DNA of 61,900 bases from Hydrolagus affinis (taxonomy: Eukaryota), in contig JAAILG010001778.1 of assembly GCA_012026655.1 (NCBI GenBank), positions 1 to 61,900 on the forward strand, written 5' to 3'. Made by a program: the position numbers and the translations under genes. Below the pieces are notes generated by a model. That model ran no database searches and was not told where the DNA came from. It saw nothing but the letters and a program-made list of their open reading frames with translations. This document shows positions 13,305 to 26,055 of the stretch, in pieces (position 1 is the first letter of the stretch; the number at the start of each line of letters is the position of its first letter).

Positions 13305-14790
13305 AAATCATAGACTTTTACAGCACAAAAGGAGGCCATTTGGCCCATCGTGTCTGTGCCGCCTCTTTGAAAAGAGCTATTCAAAGTCAATCCCACTCCC
13401 CGGTTCTCTCCCCATAACCCTGCAAAACCATCCTCCCCAAATAACCATCTACCTCTCTTTTGAAAGTTGTTTTGGAATCGGCCTCCACCACCTTTTCAGG
13501 CAATGCATTCCAAATTCGAACAACTCGCTGCATGAATTTCTCCTCACCTCCCCTTTGCTTCTTTTAAAAATGATTTTAAATCTGTGACCTCAAGTCACTG
13601 ACACACCCACCAGTGGAAACAGTTTTTCTCTGTTTACCCTATTGAATCCCCTCATGATTTTGCAAAACTCTATTAGATCTCCTTGTAACCTTCTCTGCTC
13701 CAATGAGAATAATCCTAGCCTCTCTAGCCTTTCCTCATAACCAAAGTCCCTCATTCCTGGTACCATCCTGGTAAATCTCCTCTGCACCCTTTCCAAAGCT
13801 TAACATCCTTCCTGAAGTGTGGTGCATAACCAATGTTTAATAAGGGTTAATCATAACTTCCTGCCCCTACTATGCCCCTACTTATAAAGCCTTGTATTCC
13901 GTATGCTTTTTTAACAGCTTTATCCTGTCCTGCTACCTTCAAAGATTTACTTACATGAACTCTGAGGTCTCTCTGTTCCTTCACCCCCCATAAGACTGTA
14001 CTATCTAGTCTACATTGCCTCTCCTCATTCTTCCTCCCAAAATGCATCACCTTGCATTTCTCCACCTTAAACTTCATCTGCCATGTGTCTGCCCATTTTA
14101 CCATCCTGCCTATGTCTTCTTGCAGTCTGCCACTATCCTCCTCCCTCTTTACTACTTTTCCTAACTTTGTATCTCTGCAAACTTGGAAATTGTACTCCAT
14201 ATACCCAAATCAAGATCATTTATATAACAACAACTTGAATTTATGTAGCGCCCTCCATGCCAGAAGAGCAGTAGTCCCAATATCGATCCCTGGGGGACAC
14301 CACTGTACACTTCCCTCCAGTCAGAAAAACAACAATTCACCACAACTCTCTGCGTTCTGTCTCCCAGTTCTGAATCCATGCAGCCACTGTTCATTTAATA
14401 CCTCTGGCTTCTATTTTCCTTACAAGTTTCTTATGCAGCATTTTGACAAATGCATTTTGAAAGTCCATAGAAACTACATCAACTGCACTACCTTCATCCA
14501 CCCTCTCCCTTACCTCATCAATAAACTCCATATCAGGTTTGTCAGACAAGATTTGCCTTTAATAAATCCGTGCTGGTTGTCCATTATTAACCCATATTTT
14601 TCTAAGTGAAGATTTATTTTGTCCCAGAATTATAGTCTCTACAAGCTTTCCTACCACTGATGTTGGGCTGACTGCCCTGCAGTTCCCAGGTTTGTCCATC
14701 TGCCCTGTTTTGTATAGGGGAGTAACATTAGCAACCTTCCAGTTCTCTGGCACCACCCGTGTTGTCCAAGGAAGATTAAAAGATTGTGGC
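13305..14790 (-). mobile_element. CR1 LINE ORF2 (reverse transcriptase) 3' fragment, frameshifted
   Basis: Broken ORFs VPENWKVANVTPLYK, SGVPQGSILG, ISKFA, WADTWQMKF, ERVQRRFTRMVPG, LGLFSLEQRRL are typical CR1 RT C-terminal motifs; 3' UTR at ~13305. Confidence 0.92.
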
Positions 14791-15287
14791 CAGCTATTTG
14801 CATTCGTATGTCAGCAACCCATATCTGAACATGACATCAAATGCATCTACATTAGCTATCCTCAATTACATCTTATTCCGTTAAAAACAACAATCCATAT
14901 GACTGCACCTTGTCGTATTAACAGGCACTCCCTCAGCACCATAGTGTTGTTAGCCTGGATGGTGAGATCAAATTGTAATGTGGAGTCAAAGCCACAACAT
15001 TCTGGTCAAGTGAGCCAAGCTGTCACTAAAACATCTCTATTTGCATACAGATTTATACAATGCACAGCTTGTGATTGTCTTCTTATCCTCCATTAACATT
15101 TTAAATATGTTCATTAAATTATATCAGTAACACACAACCACCCATGCAATACAATGTGGCAATACAAAAACACTCCCAGATTAACAAAGGTTTAAAATGT
15201 ACCAACATGACTTTAGTGTGTAACATGTGGCAAGCACTGGCTTGTAACACAAATCACAAACAAGTTCTGCTTGTAATCGGAAGTGTA

Positions 15288-15610
15288 TCATAGAATCATA
15301 GAATGTTACGGCACAGAAGGTCATTCGGCCCATCGAGTCTGTGCCGGCTCTTTGACCGAGCAAGTCACCTTCATTAACCCCAATCACCAGCTTTCTCCCC
15401 ATAACCCTGCAAACCCGTCTTCCCCAGATACCTATCTAGTTCTCTCTTAAAAGCTGCTATCGAATCAGACCTCACTACCCTTTCAGGCAGATCATTCCAA
15501 ATTTGAACAACTCGCTGAGTAAAAAAATTTCTTCTAACCTCCCCTCTGCTTCTTTTGGTAGATATCTTAAGTCTGTGACCACGGGTCACAGACACACCTA
15601 CCAGCGTAAA
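15288..15610 (-). mobile_element. CR1 3' end
   Basis: TRGHRLK...FFTQRVVQIWNDLP motif and a (TTCTATGA)n-type tail. Confidence 0.85.
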
Positions 15611-16157
15611 CAACCAGGCAGCATTCTGCATATTTATGCCACCTACACATGATAATTTCTCCAAGATCTGAACTGGAATGTGCACCATCTCCCCAGAATG
15701 ATGCACTTTGCTTTCCTAATTCCAGAGTATTAGATGTCGGCTATTGAGAGCCAAGGTTGGGGGGGGTGGGCCTAGAATGTGCGTTGGGGTACTGTTGGAA
15801 TTTAACCAGTTAAAATTACATTGAGAGTACTGTCTGCCAAGCTTCCCTCTGCTTGTCCAACTAGTGCCAACCTTATCTGTGGCTTACAGGGTAACAGGAG
15901 CTGATGGGAAGAATTCCTGGCACCATTTAATGGCAGAAATTGCTATTAACAATTCCAGCTAAAAATTGCAACATATTAGAGACCCTTTTATGTGTCAATT
16001 ACTGATCTATATTAATTTGGAAAACAGCTGAAGTTGTGCAGCATGATATGTGTATGCGAATGTCAGCACCCTTTGTTTCCATTCATTAGGAACCTTTAGC
16101 TGCCTTATCATGATTTTGTGCAATTACTCACAGATACATATTTTTATTTTCCATATA

Positions 16158-16922
16158 CAGTAGAAGCCCGTTTATCCGGCACCTGCGGGACCTGGCCAAT
16201 GCCGGTTAAAGCGCCTGCTGGATATTCGGGCAGCCTGCGGCCGAAAACCCACCACAGAAAAATTAAAGTTCTTTTAACACACACCATACGCACCAGACTA
16301 AGTAATAACAGATAGAGGCAGAGTATTGTGTTGGTGCTTGTTTTTGGGGCAGCTCTCTTGCGCTTCTCACCTTTACTGATTGAGGTTGACAGTCCAGCGA
16401 TTCTTTTTTGAATGGGGAACGCCAGGCGGATGAAAGAAGCAGTAGCACGATTTTAAAAAAACGGCAGCGCGATTTTAAAGTTGCGCGACTTTACTGGCTG
16501 CAAGCCGAAGCCCTAGACTCTACTAGCGGCAAACCAAAATACTGCACCTGCGCGACAATGTGGGTTATCGGCTAGCGTTATTGGCTTGCCGTTAGTATGA
16601 CTTTGAAGTCATAAGTGCTCCGTTTTTTCGCCTGCTTGGCGTGCTCCATTTTGGGACGGGTTGCTGGACTGTAAAACTCAACCGCAGCATCATGGCTTCA
16701 AGCGCAGCATCTACCAGCAGAGGTGGGGGGCGCAGGAGAGTAGTTTTGACAGTGAATGCCAATACAATATTCTGTTATTATGTTATTATTTATGCATTTA
16801 CAAATGCTCCACTGCTATTGTTCCAAATAAGTTCCGGTTTATTGAATGGGGACTTTTTTTTTGGTGTGCCGGTTATACGGAAGTGCCGGTGCATCGAGTC
16901 ATTAATAAACGCGCTTCTACTG
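16158..16922. mobile_element. Tc1/mariner (Tigger/pogo-like) MITE
   Basis: 18-bp TIRs CAGTAGAAGC(C/G)CGTTTAT with one mismatch; TA on both flanks; CpG-rich interior; no transposase ORF. Confidence 0.85.
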
Positions 16923-17582
16923 TACGGTAAAATAATGAGCTTCCGAAAATAAAATCAAAACCACAAAAAAAATGCAAAAATTTTCAAAGGGCCACTGACC
17001 TAGGTGAATACAAAAAAAGTCCACATTCATCTTGTGTTTATCCATAAGAGCTGAATCAACAGATGAAATATTTATAGTCCGTGCATCACACTTCATCCTC
17101 ATAAATAAAGGCTTTATTTTGTTATTGAGCTTTCGTGCCCAAACAACTGGAGAAAAGCTAGGCTTCTCTGCATTCATCCAGGATCAACTGGCACGATCAA
17201 TGTATTCAAATGCAGGGTGCAAACCTCTTTTAATTTTGAAATTCATCCAAACAAAGTGGGAAGAAAACATCAATTTAAGATAGTCAGCAAGGGAACAAAG
17301 GAGGGAGATTAGGTGGAAACATTTTTTGGAGTCAGGCGGGTGCCTTGACACTCGCGAACAATCTAACGAACAAATAGTCAAAATCGTTTGTGTCTAATGG
17401 TGCTTTTCAATGTTCATTTAAATACTAGTTTTAAGTCAACTGTTATCACTAGCCTCAGGTATTATTACACTTGTGCCTTACATATTGAGATGTGTTTTAA
17501 GCTACACAAAGTAATTTCTTGTGGAGATTTCCAATGACTTAATGTCACACAATTAGCAATAAGGATACTTAGAGATACCTAC

Positions 17583-17792
17583 TTCTTGCAACAATTTTTC
17601 TAGTTTTTCCTGTAATTCAAAGAAGTATCTTGATGTGATGTGGCCCAGTCGGGATTTATCCAGGCAATCTCGTGCCAGCTCAATGATCTGATGGTGTGCA
17701 AAACTAAGGACTCCATCTGCCAATGGAAGAATGTTATCAGGAGAGTAGCTGGTGATAATATCTTGCAGCCTCTCTTCCATCTGGGCTGTGGC
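17583..17792 (-). CDS. MAST4: MAST4 exon ([20 protein letters not shown]...LEKLLQE)
   Basis: 210 nt; tag/gtaggt; phases 0/0; DUF1908 helical region. Confidence 0.97.
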
Positions 17793-18249
17793 CTAAAGAT
17801 TAAAACAACATGTTTAATGTGTTTATTTCATTAAGTATAAAAAATAAACACACAAGAAACATTGCTTTTTGGATAGATATTGCAAATGATTCCAGCACAA
17901 AGATGAATGTCAATTTTATACCAATTAGATGCATATTAACCAGTTTGGGGGGATTTTTTTTTAACAAAAACAATCATGGTTGAAATATTTTTTGATAAGT
18001 GCGCGTACATGAACGGAAATGTTTGAAAGACTAATTTCCATTAGTCGTGCATCAATTCCCATCATTTTAACTCCTATACAGTAAGTGCTCCTTATCAGTC
18101 CTTTGTCATCAATACAAAGAGCATTTGTAACAGATTGCACCGATTCTTTGTAAGATAAACAGTGCAAGTTAGGTTAATGTTGGCAAACAGTATTACACAA
18201 TTTAGATTGGTCAGCTACTGTACTTATAAGAACATTTCTTCCTTTGTTA

Positions 18250-18555
18250 TTGCTAAATGATATAAGCTCTTAAATTCAGGATCCTTACCCTTGTTTTGAA
18301 ATGCCTTGCACCTCTGCGACCTCCTGCAATCCCTCCAACCCACCCAATCCCTATGCTCAGCAAACACCTGGCTCTTCCAAGTCCCTCACCCAACCCACCC
18401 ACCATCTCTGGGTGAGCTGTCAGCCATTCATTGCCCATCCTGTTGAATTTCAATCCAGAATCCCCCTCTGCTTCACTCCCTCTCTTCCTGCTTTCAAAGC
18501 CCATCTTAAGATACACAACGTGAAAGGTACTATATACATGTAAAATGTAGCTGTT
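18250..18555 (+). mobile_element. L2-like 3' fragment
   Basis: The + strand reads ...KFRILTLVLKCL-like and FKAHLK, followed by the GTGAAAGGTACTATAT tail. Confidence 0.6.
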
Positions 18556-19175
18556 GTCAAGCTAAGATTTGAATTATTTTTAAAAAGTCTAAATCTGCAC
18601 AACACAACAGTGCAATATGTAAATGTGCTGCTCTGAATTCATAAGAACTGATTACAGAAAGGAGTATTGTGCAGCATTAAACTGTTTCGAACTAGATTAA
18701 CATTTAATGCATGGGATAGTTTTAGCTGGTTAACTCCATCTGTATCCTAACTCACACTCTGGGGTCCCCAAGCTGTGGCAACTGCCAACCTGAACCTAAA
18801 ACATTCCAAGATTAGGTAAACAGTGTGGATGCCTCCAGGGAGGAAATACACACTTCCATTTGACACAAAAGAGAAATTTCTATGTCTGTGTGGAACTATC
18901 AGCCTGATTAGCTCACTCTTAAGCATAACGATAGCTTTTGCATGTGTCAGGATTTTCTTTTTATCGTCTATATGGAATGCATTATTCAAACATATGGCAT
19001 GAAATTTATGTGCTACTGAAGGCACTGATCATGACTTATATTCACTATGCGCACAGTGAGTATTGTTAATGTTATTAGTTTTTTAAAAATCAAAATGAAC
19101 AGTATGTAGATGTCTACAGTTGAAATACTGACAGTTTAATGCAAACTGAACTATACTGTGGATAAAGCATCTCAC

Positions 19176-19251
19176 CTTCGGGAATCGCTCTTTGTAGACA
19201 TGATTCATCATGATAATCTCATTATCCCAACAGGCTGGTGAACGTCCAGGG
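19176..19251 (-). CDS. MAST4: MAST4 exon ([26 protein letters not shown])
   Basis: 76 nt; tag/gtgaga; phases 2/0. Confidence 0.97.
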
Positions 19252-19754
19252 CTACAAACAAAACACATGACTTAAATGCTCCCCTTTTCGGCTGCATAAT
19301 TAACAATTATTTCTCAAAACGCTCCGAAACTAACAGTGGTAAAGGTCTTGGTCTATTTTCCAAATTCTCTTCTTTAAGACCATTACGCCCGCAAAATATA
19401 CAGTCAATTGACTTCACAGTATATTCTGTGAAGCGCTTTGAGACATCTAAAAGATGTGAAAAGTGCTATATAAAATGCAAGGATTACTATTATTATTATT
19501 GTTGTTACAAAACAGATAAGCTGTGTATATAGGCCTGGGAGCCAGAATCCTAACAAGTAATGCATTTTGACCAAGTGCTATGAAGTTTGTAGTTGCAATG
19601 AAACTCATTGAAAAAAGTATACTTCCTGCGATTTGGTGCTTTGATGATTTTGAGAAAACTAGGTGAATAACTGAAGAAAAGAACACTTATACAAAAATGT
19701 AGGAGTTAAAATGAGACATCAATCAATAGTTACACCATACCTAGTGCTTATTAT

Positions 19755-20135
19755 AACAACTTGCATTTATATAACCTCCTTTATCCAGGATAGCGTCTCA
19801 GAGCGCTTGACAGTGGTGCAGTTTGATGCCAAGCTGGGGAGAAGTGACTGTAGCCACGGTCAAAGAGGAAGGTCTTTATGTGTGATTTAAGGACCGGGAA
19901 AGAGAAGGCAAGGCAGAATGATTGAGGCAGTGCGTTCCATAGTTTGGGGGCATAGTGGCTGACAGCACAGTTGGCTACGATGCAGCAGAGGGGCAAGGAG
20001 ATGTGCAGAAGGCAGTCGAGCGAAGGCGGCAGGAGTGGAGTGGGGAGAATACGTAGATTGTAGGAGGAAGAGAAGACTGAGGGAGATAGGTTCCACAGAC
20101 TTAGCAAGGGAGCAGGGTACGGTGCGATTCACTCC
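19755..20135 (-). mobile_element. L2-like 3' fragment
   Basis: APKLWNALP...KSHIKTFLF is the L2 ORF2 C-terminal motif; ATAAATGCAAGTTGTT tail. Confidence 0.75.
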
Positions 20136-20185
20136 ATCGTATTGAAATTAACTCAGAATTTGAGACGAGGGTGCAGACTACATAC

Positions 20186-20343
20186 CTAAGGCTCCTAGAT
20201 CGTGGCCGCATTGTAGGGGGTCTTCGTCTGTCATCATTGGAAATGGCATCTGTACTACAGAAATGCTTGGAAAGAAAGTGTAGCTCATCAGGAGTTGGCT
20301 GATATGGCAGCTGATGCAGTTTCTCCTGAGATGAACAAGATGA
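20186..20343 (-). CDS. MAST4: MAST4 exon ([29 protein letters not shown]...MRPRSRSL)
   Basis: 158 nt; cag/gtatgt; phases 0/2. Confidence 0.97.
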
Positions 20344-20782
20344 CTGAAAATACAAAGACAGAGAAAGGTTTAATTTACAAGTAAGAATTCTCTCTCCCCC
20401 CTCCCCACTGGCTCGCAGCCAGGAAATGAAATAGCTATGGAGTTTCACTCTAAAAGTTTACTTCAAGTCAGCATCCTCAGCTCATTCTCAGGTCAACAAC
20501 CTCAGGTGAGCAGTGGATGGAAATATAGTGGTGGAATGTAGAAAGGTTTATAACAAATCTCAAACAAATCATTTGCGCAATGTGTGCACACAGAGCAAGC
20601 AGTTCAGGTTCAGGCTTGTTAGGACTGTGGAAATACCCACTGGGCAGTGAATCGGTCAGGCCTGAACAATGAGTTTTCTGAAGCTAAATGGAAACATTCA
20701 GTCTTTGCTCGATTACCTCCAGTAGTGAGAGACATTTCAGAGTTAGACTTCTAGCTAAGCAGACAAGAGCATTTTACATTAT

Positions 20783-21085
20783 GAGTCCTGTAGCTCAGTG
20801 GTTAGAGTACTCGCCTTGTAAGCAAGAGACTTGGGTTCCATTCCTGGCAGGACGAAACTTTGGGCAAGTTTTCTTATACTGATAATAATCCCTCAAAACA
20901 AACAAGAATGAATTGGTCACTTCAATCCACGATTGTTTGTGGGACACTGCTGTGCGCAACTGGCTGCCATGGTTCGGCCACAAATACAGTCAATTCACTT
21001 TACAGTATATTCGGTGAAGTGCTTTGAGACGTATAGAATACCTGAAAAGCGCGATATGAAATGCAAGGATTATTATTTATTATTA
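20783..21085 (+). mobile_element. Full-length tRNA-derived Deu-type SINE
   Basis: A box TAGCTCAGTGG, degenerate B box, GTGGGACACTGCTGTGCGCAACTGGCTGCC core, (ATT)n tail. Confidence 0.88.
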
Positions 21086-21169
21086 TGTGATTAAAGGTGC
21101 AGGTCCGATCTGCCACATAACCTCCTCTCCCTCTGTAATTCATATTCTTTTACAATTTATTGCACTAAA

Positions 21170-21756
<587 letters not shown>

Positions 21757-22435
21757 TTATCATTAATACATTTATATAGTGCCCTTCACTTTTACTATAT
21801 ATGCTATTTGAATTATATTGTTATCTACAATATTTTACTGTTTATTTTACCGTTCCTCCGACCAATAGTGGAGAGATTACCAAGGGACAATAAAATGAAG
21901 TTAACAGTGCAGCAAATCTAAAATTCTCCCGAGTTTTGAATGAAATGATTGGCTACTGCTCAATCACAACAAAACCACAGTAAAAACATGGAGCACTTTG
22001 TCCATTTGGCCACCAAAAAATTCTAACAAATCTCAAGACTTTTTTTAAAATAAAAACTCGAGAACAAGGCTGTGATGTGTTCATTGTTTGACTGTAGTGT
22101 CATTGGGGATAGGCGTTAAAGCCGGGAGAGCCTGAAAGCACAGGACGAACACCAGTCTCACTACCAGATGGCATAGGATTCAACTCCCAAAGCTGCTCAT
22201 CACTGAGACCCACCAGCTACTGTCAGAACAGTTTATAGTCAGGCAGCTTGATGCCTGTGACACTAGAGAATATGAAGCCAGGGGGTAGAGGCTGGAAGGA
22301 AAAGGACTGACATATGGGTTGGCAGGAGAAATGTAAAAATGAGTGAGTGGAAGAACAAGCGAGTTAATAATAATCCTATTATATCCTATTATACTGCACC
22401 TTTTCACATCAAAATATCTTAATGCATTCAGCACA

Positions 22436-23255
22436 TTAGCTAGGCTGTCTTGGTTGGTAGCACTCTCACTTTCAGGTAAAAACGTTGTGGTTCAAGTCCC
22501 ACGTTGAGACTTTGAACCTCGTCAAGGCTGATACTAATGCAGTGTTGGGAAATGCTGCATTATTGGAGATGCGGTCTTTAGGATGAAATATTAAATCGAA
22601 GACCTATCCATCTCTGCAGGTGGATGTTAATGATTGTATCATGCACTAGGCTCCACAAGCCTATCACGTCCATCCTTGCCCGGCTCCACTGGCTCCCCAT
22701 CTCCTGGAGAATTAAGTTAAAGATCCTCGTCTTCACTTTTAGACCCCTCCATGATCTTACCCCAACCTAATTTTGCGACTTCTAAAACCTTAACAACCTG
22801 CCTGCTATCTCCACTCATTAAGCAACAGCTTGCTTCACTTTCCCCACCCTGCCTGCTCCATTAGGCGGTCAGTCTCTGCCCCCACTCTCTGGAACTATAT
22901 CCCAGAAGAGCTTTGCCTTTCAGGATTGAACTCGAGAATTTTCCCTTTGACCCATCTACGGTCATTTTTTTCCCTACTCCTCCTGAATCCAACCCCCAAC
23001 TATCCAGCACATTGGGATGTCCTCTTGACGTGAAAGATGCAATATAAATGCCACTGGTTGGAATTTTTCCCAGTGTCTTGGCCAACAATCTTCCAGATTA
23101 AAAAATGATAATTTACTTCATGGCTGCTTGTGGGGCATTGCTCTGTACAAACTGATATGCACCTACAAATACATACTTCCAAACTCTGAAGCACATGACA
23201 CATTTCAATGAAGTGATAGGGTGCTACATTAAATGCAAGCATTATTATTATTATT
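22436..23255 (+). mobile_element. SacSINE1-like SINE apparently interrupted by an L2 3' fragment (~22650-23050)
   Basis: tRNA head at 22440-22520; L2 motif (ILARLHWLPI..RIKLKIL) in the middle; SINE body and tail resume at ~23060. Confidence 0.65.
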
Positions 23256-23604
23256 ACTTTCTGCAAGTGAGCTTAGTTTTCTTCACAAAATAAGTGTGTC
23301 TTTTCTGAAAATGTATTGTAATAATCCAAAAGTTCAAACTAAATAAAATTCTTCCTGCATCCCAAGTATTGGCTATTCTCATTTATACGTTATTATGTAA
23401 ACAAAATTTCCAATATGCAACTAATTTAATGGCAGATCCTCTTCGGCTTCACTCCCCCTCCCTATTATGAGACCAAGCAGCATGTTTGATGTATTTTCAA
23501 AAGCAAATTCACAAATACATAAAAAGAAAAGCAACAATGCATGTAAAAGTAAAAGAGTAATGAGAATTAGGAAAATGAAAAAAACCTTTGCATGTATTAA
23601 AAAC

Positions 23605-23811
23605 TACCCCAGAAAGCTGTAGATGCTCAGTCCTTGAACATTTTCAAGGCTGAGACTGATAGATTTTTGAAAAATAGAGGCATTAGGGGATATGGGGATA
23701 GGGCAGGTAATTAGAGTTAGGTGAGAAGATCAGCCATGATCTTATTGAATGGCGGAGCAGGCTCGAAGGGCCAAATGGCCTACTCCTGCTCCTAATTCTT
23801 ATGTTCTTATG
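23605..23811 (+). mobile_element. CR1-type 3' end
   Basis: GATCAGCCATGATCTTATTGAATGGCGGAGCAGGCTCGAAGGGCC...(TTCTTATG)2 tail; related copy at 44315-44412. Confidence 0.8.
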
Positions 23812-24047
23812 TATCAAATTTACAAATCCTGGTATTAAAAGTGTGCATTCAAACATACAAAACACTTATAGATGTCAGGACAAACTCCTCTCGTTATCCA
23901 CCCTCTAAAAAAAAAGAAAATTGCTTAGCAATACAAAGAATAAACAAATTTGAGTTTCCTGGTTGTAAAATGAAAGTCAAAATACAACCTTTGCAAATTA
24001 CTTTCACAATAGCAACAATTTAAAAAAACATTCCCACATCAGATTAC

Positions 24048-24068
24048 CTGTCAGGTCTGTGGCTATGA
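24048..24068 (-). CDS. MAST4: Candidate 21-nt alternative microexon (S-HSHRPD-R)
   Basis: ttcag|TCATAGCCACAGACCTGACAG|gtaatc; symmetric phase 2; long upstream pyrimidine tract; peptide resembles the recalled MAST2 insert SHSHRADR at the same position. Confidence 0.8.
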
Positions 24069-24679
24069 CTGAAGTAAATCATCAGGTAGTTGTAGGGTAT
24101 GAAAGAACGACAAGAAAAACACAAAGAGAACAAAGGCAAGATTTACAGCTGTGAGTCATTGAAACATGTCTTAGTAGGATTGTGAAAAAGTCATTGCAAC
24201 ACTGGGATAGTGAACCTTTTTCTAGTCCTTATCGTCTCCACAAAACTAACACGTCAGAATGAGTCGTTCAGAGTGGCCATCAGTTCTAATCAATTGGTCA
24301 ATTCCAGGTCTACAAGGTTAGAATCTTCCCAGATAAGGTCACTGCTGCATTTGGCCAACATTCCCATTCAGGCTACACAGTTTTAACCATATCTTTTTAA
24401 AACACTTCATTATTGTCCTGGTGTGAGACAGTGAAATGGGATTGCAATAAAAGATTCATTTAAAATTGTTTGAGACAACCCCGCCCTTTAATAAAAACAA
24501 GCATCAACAACAACGTGGATTTATATAGCACCCTCCACGCGCCCTCCCTCGCAGTTATTCTCACCTCACACAGCTAAAACCAGAATCAATGCATTGTACG
24601 GGAACATATTGCTTGTATAATCCCATCCTATGCAAATAAAAGTCCTAGATTTCCCTCCCGAGCTTTTTCTTTCACTTAC

Positions 24680-24749
24680 CTTCGAGCGAATGAAAAGTGG
24701 GCTGAGGCACTGGGAGAGAAATTTCTTGGGCTGTCTTGAGGGCTGCTTC
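24680..24749 (-). CDS. MAST4: MAST4 exon (GSSPQDSPRNFSPSASAHFSFAR)
   Basis: 70 nt; tagcag acceptor, gtaagt donor; phases 1/2. Confidence 0.95.
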
Positions 24750-25545
24750 CTGCTAAAGAGATGAATACCGTTTGATCAGTGTTTTTAGCCTTGATAATTT
24801 TTTTTAATCAGAACTACCGCAGAACTGTATGCTTCTTATTGTAAATTTGTGCAATTAATGCACAAATAGGCACATAATAGTAATGTACTTAATAGGCACA
24901 TTTGTTTGAAAAGATTCCACCTGATTCTATTGTGTTGCTCCAGCAGTGATGCTGACTTTTGAGGATCATTCATAGTGCAGATTCAATGACTTTGATCCTC
25001 TACGAGGGCGTTATACAATCACAATTACCCATTCTTATCCAATAATCCTATTGTTTCTCTTTACGGTCACAAAATACACAGTGAAAAATACCTGTTCAAA
25101 AAGAGAAAGTTTTGTTCTCCCGGTGTCCTGGCCAACAATCCCCCAATAAAATTGGTCACTCATTTCATGGCAAATTGAAATTCATGACACGTTCACCTAC
25201 AAATACACTCCATTTCACAATAAATTCTGTGAAGCATTTTGAGATGTTCTTCTGATGTGATAAGGCACTATACAAAATGCAAGGATTATTATTGTTAAAA
25301 CCATCTCTTTTAACTTCTCTACAAGAAGGAGGCATTCCATAGCTTCACAACCCGCTGTGTGAAGAAACGCTTCATGACCTCAGTTCTACTTAGTTCTGAT
25401 TTGAAGACTGTGCCACTAACAGCAATGGATCACTCTATCAGCTAATTTTGTACACAAAAGCAGCCATGAAGTCAACAACCTAGGAAGTTTTGTTCAGGAC
25501 ATCAAGAACTCCCATCTCTTTTCGAATAGTCACGGGATCTTTAAT

Positions 25546-25760
25546 ACATAAACAGAAACTACACAAAAACACAAAAAAGCAAATCCACGTTTCGGGTCCG
25601 CAACCCTTCATTAGACTGTTCTGCCGAAGGATCGTGGACCTGAAACGTTGACTCACTTTTCCTTTCTCCATTAATGCTGCCTGATCTGCTGAGTGTTTCC
25701 AGCGATTTCGGTTTGTGTTTTAGATTTCCAGCATCTGCAGTATTCTACGTTTTTGTTTAT
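25546..25760. mobile_element. Inverted Penelope-like insert nested in a minus-strand SINE
   Basis: Head-to-head degenerate hammerhead cores; exact 12-bp flanking duplication GGGATCTTTAAT (25534-25545 / 25761-25772). Confidence 0.75.
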
Positions 25761-25967
25761 GGGATCTTTAATGTCTGGCAGATGGGACCTTGATCTAATG
25801 TCTCCTTTGAAGGACAGCAACTTCAACATTTGCACCCTTTTCACCTACAGATGTACCACTGAATTTTAGTGTAAGCCTAGACCAGTGGTGGCCAAACTCT
25901 TCGGTTGGCCAACAAAATAAGTGTTTCTTTATTAACTATTTCTTGATTTAAGGTATAAATATATGCT

Positions 25968-26055
25968 CCCAGGTAGCAAGCCCATATGGGCCCCATATGG
26001 GCCAAATTGGGTTGATCCATGCCCATATGGGCCCCACATGGGCTTGCTACCTGGG
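25968..26055. mobile_element. 88-bp MITE, CMC/EnSpm-like
   Basis: ~35-bp TIRs starting CCCAGGTAGCAAGCCCAT (2 mismatches); repeated CCCATATGGG palindromes; 2-bp CT duplication on both flanks. Confidence 0.75.

Noticed and set aside
14052-14609. Longest ORF in the track (185 aa, + strand)
   Set aside because: Antisense shadow of the CR1 reverse-transcriptase fragment; no independent coding signal.
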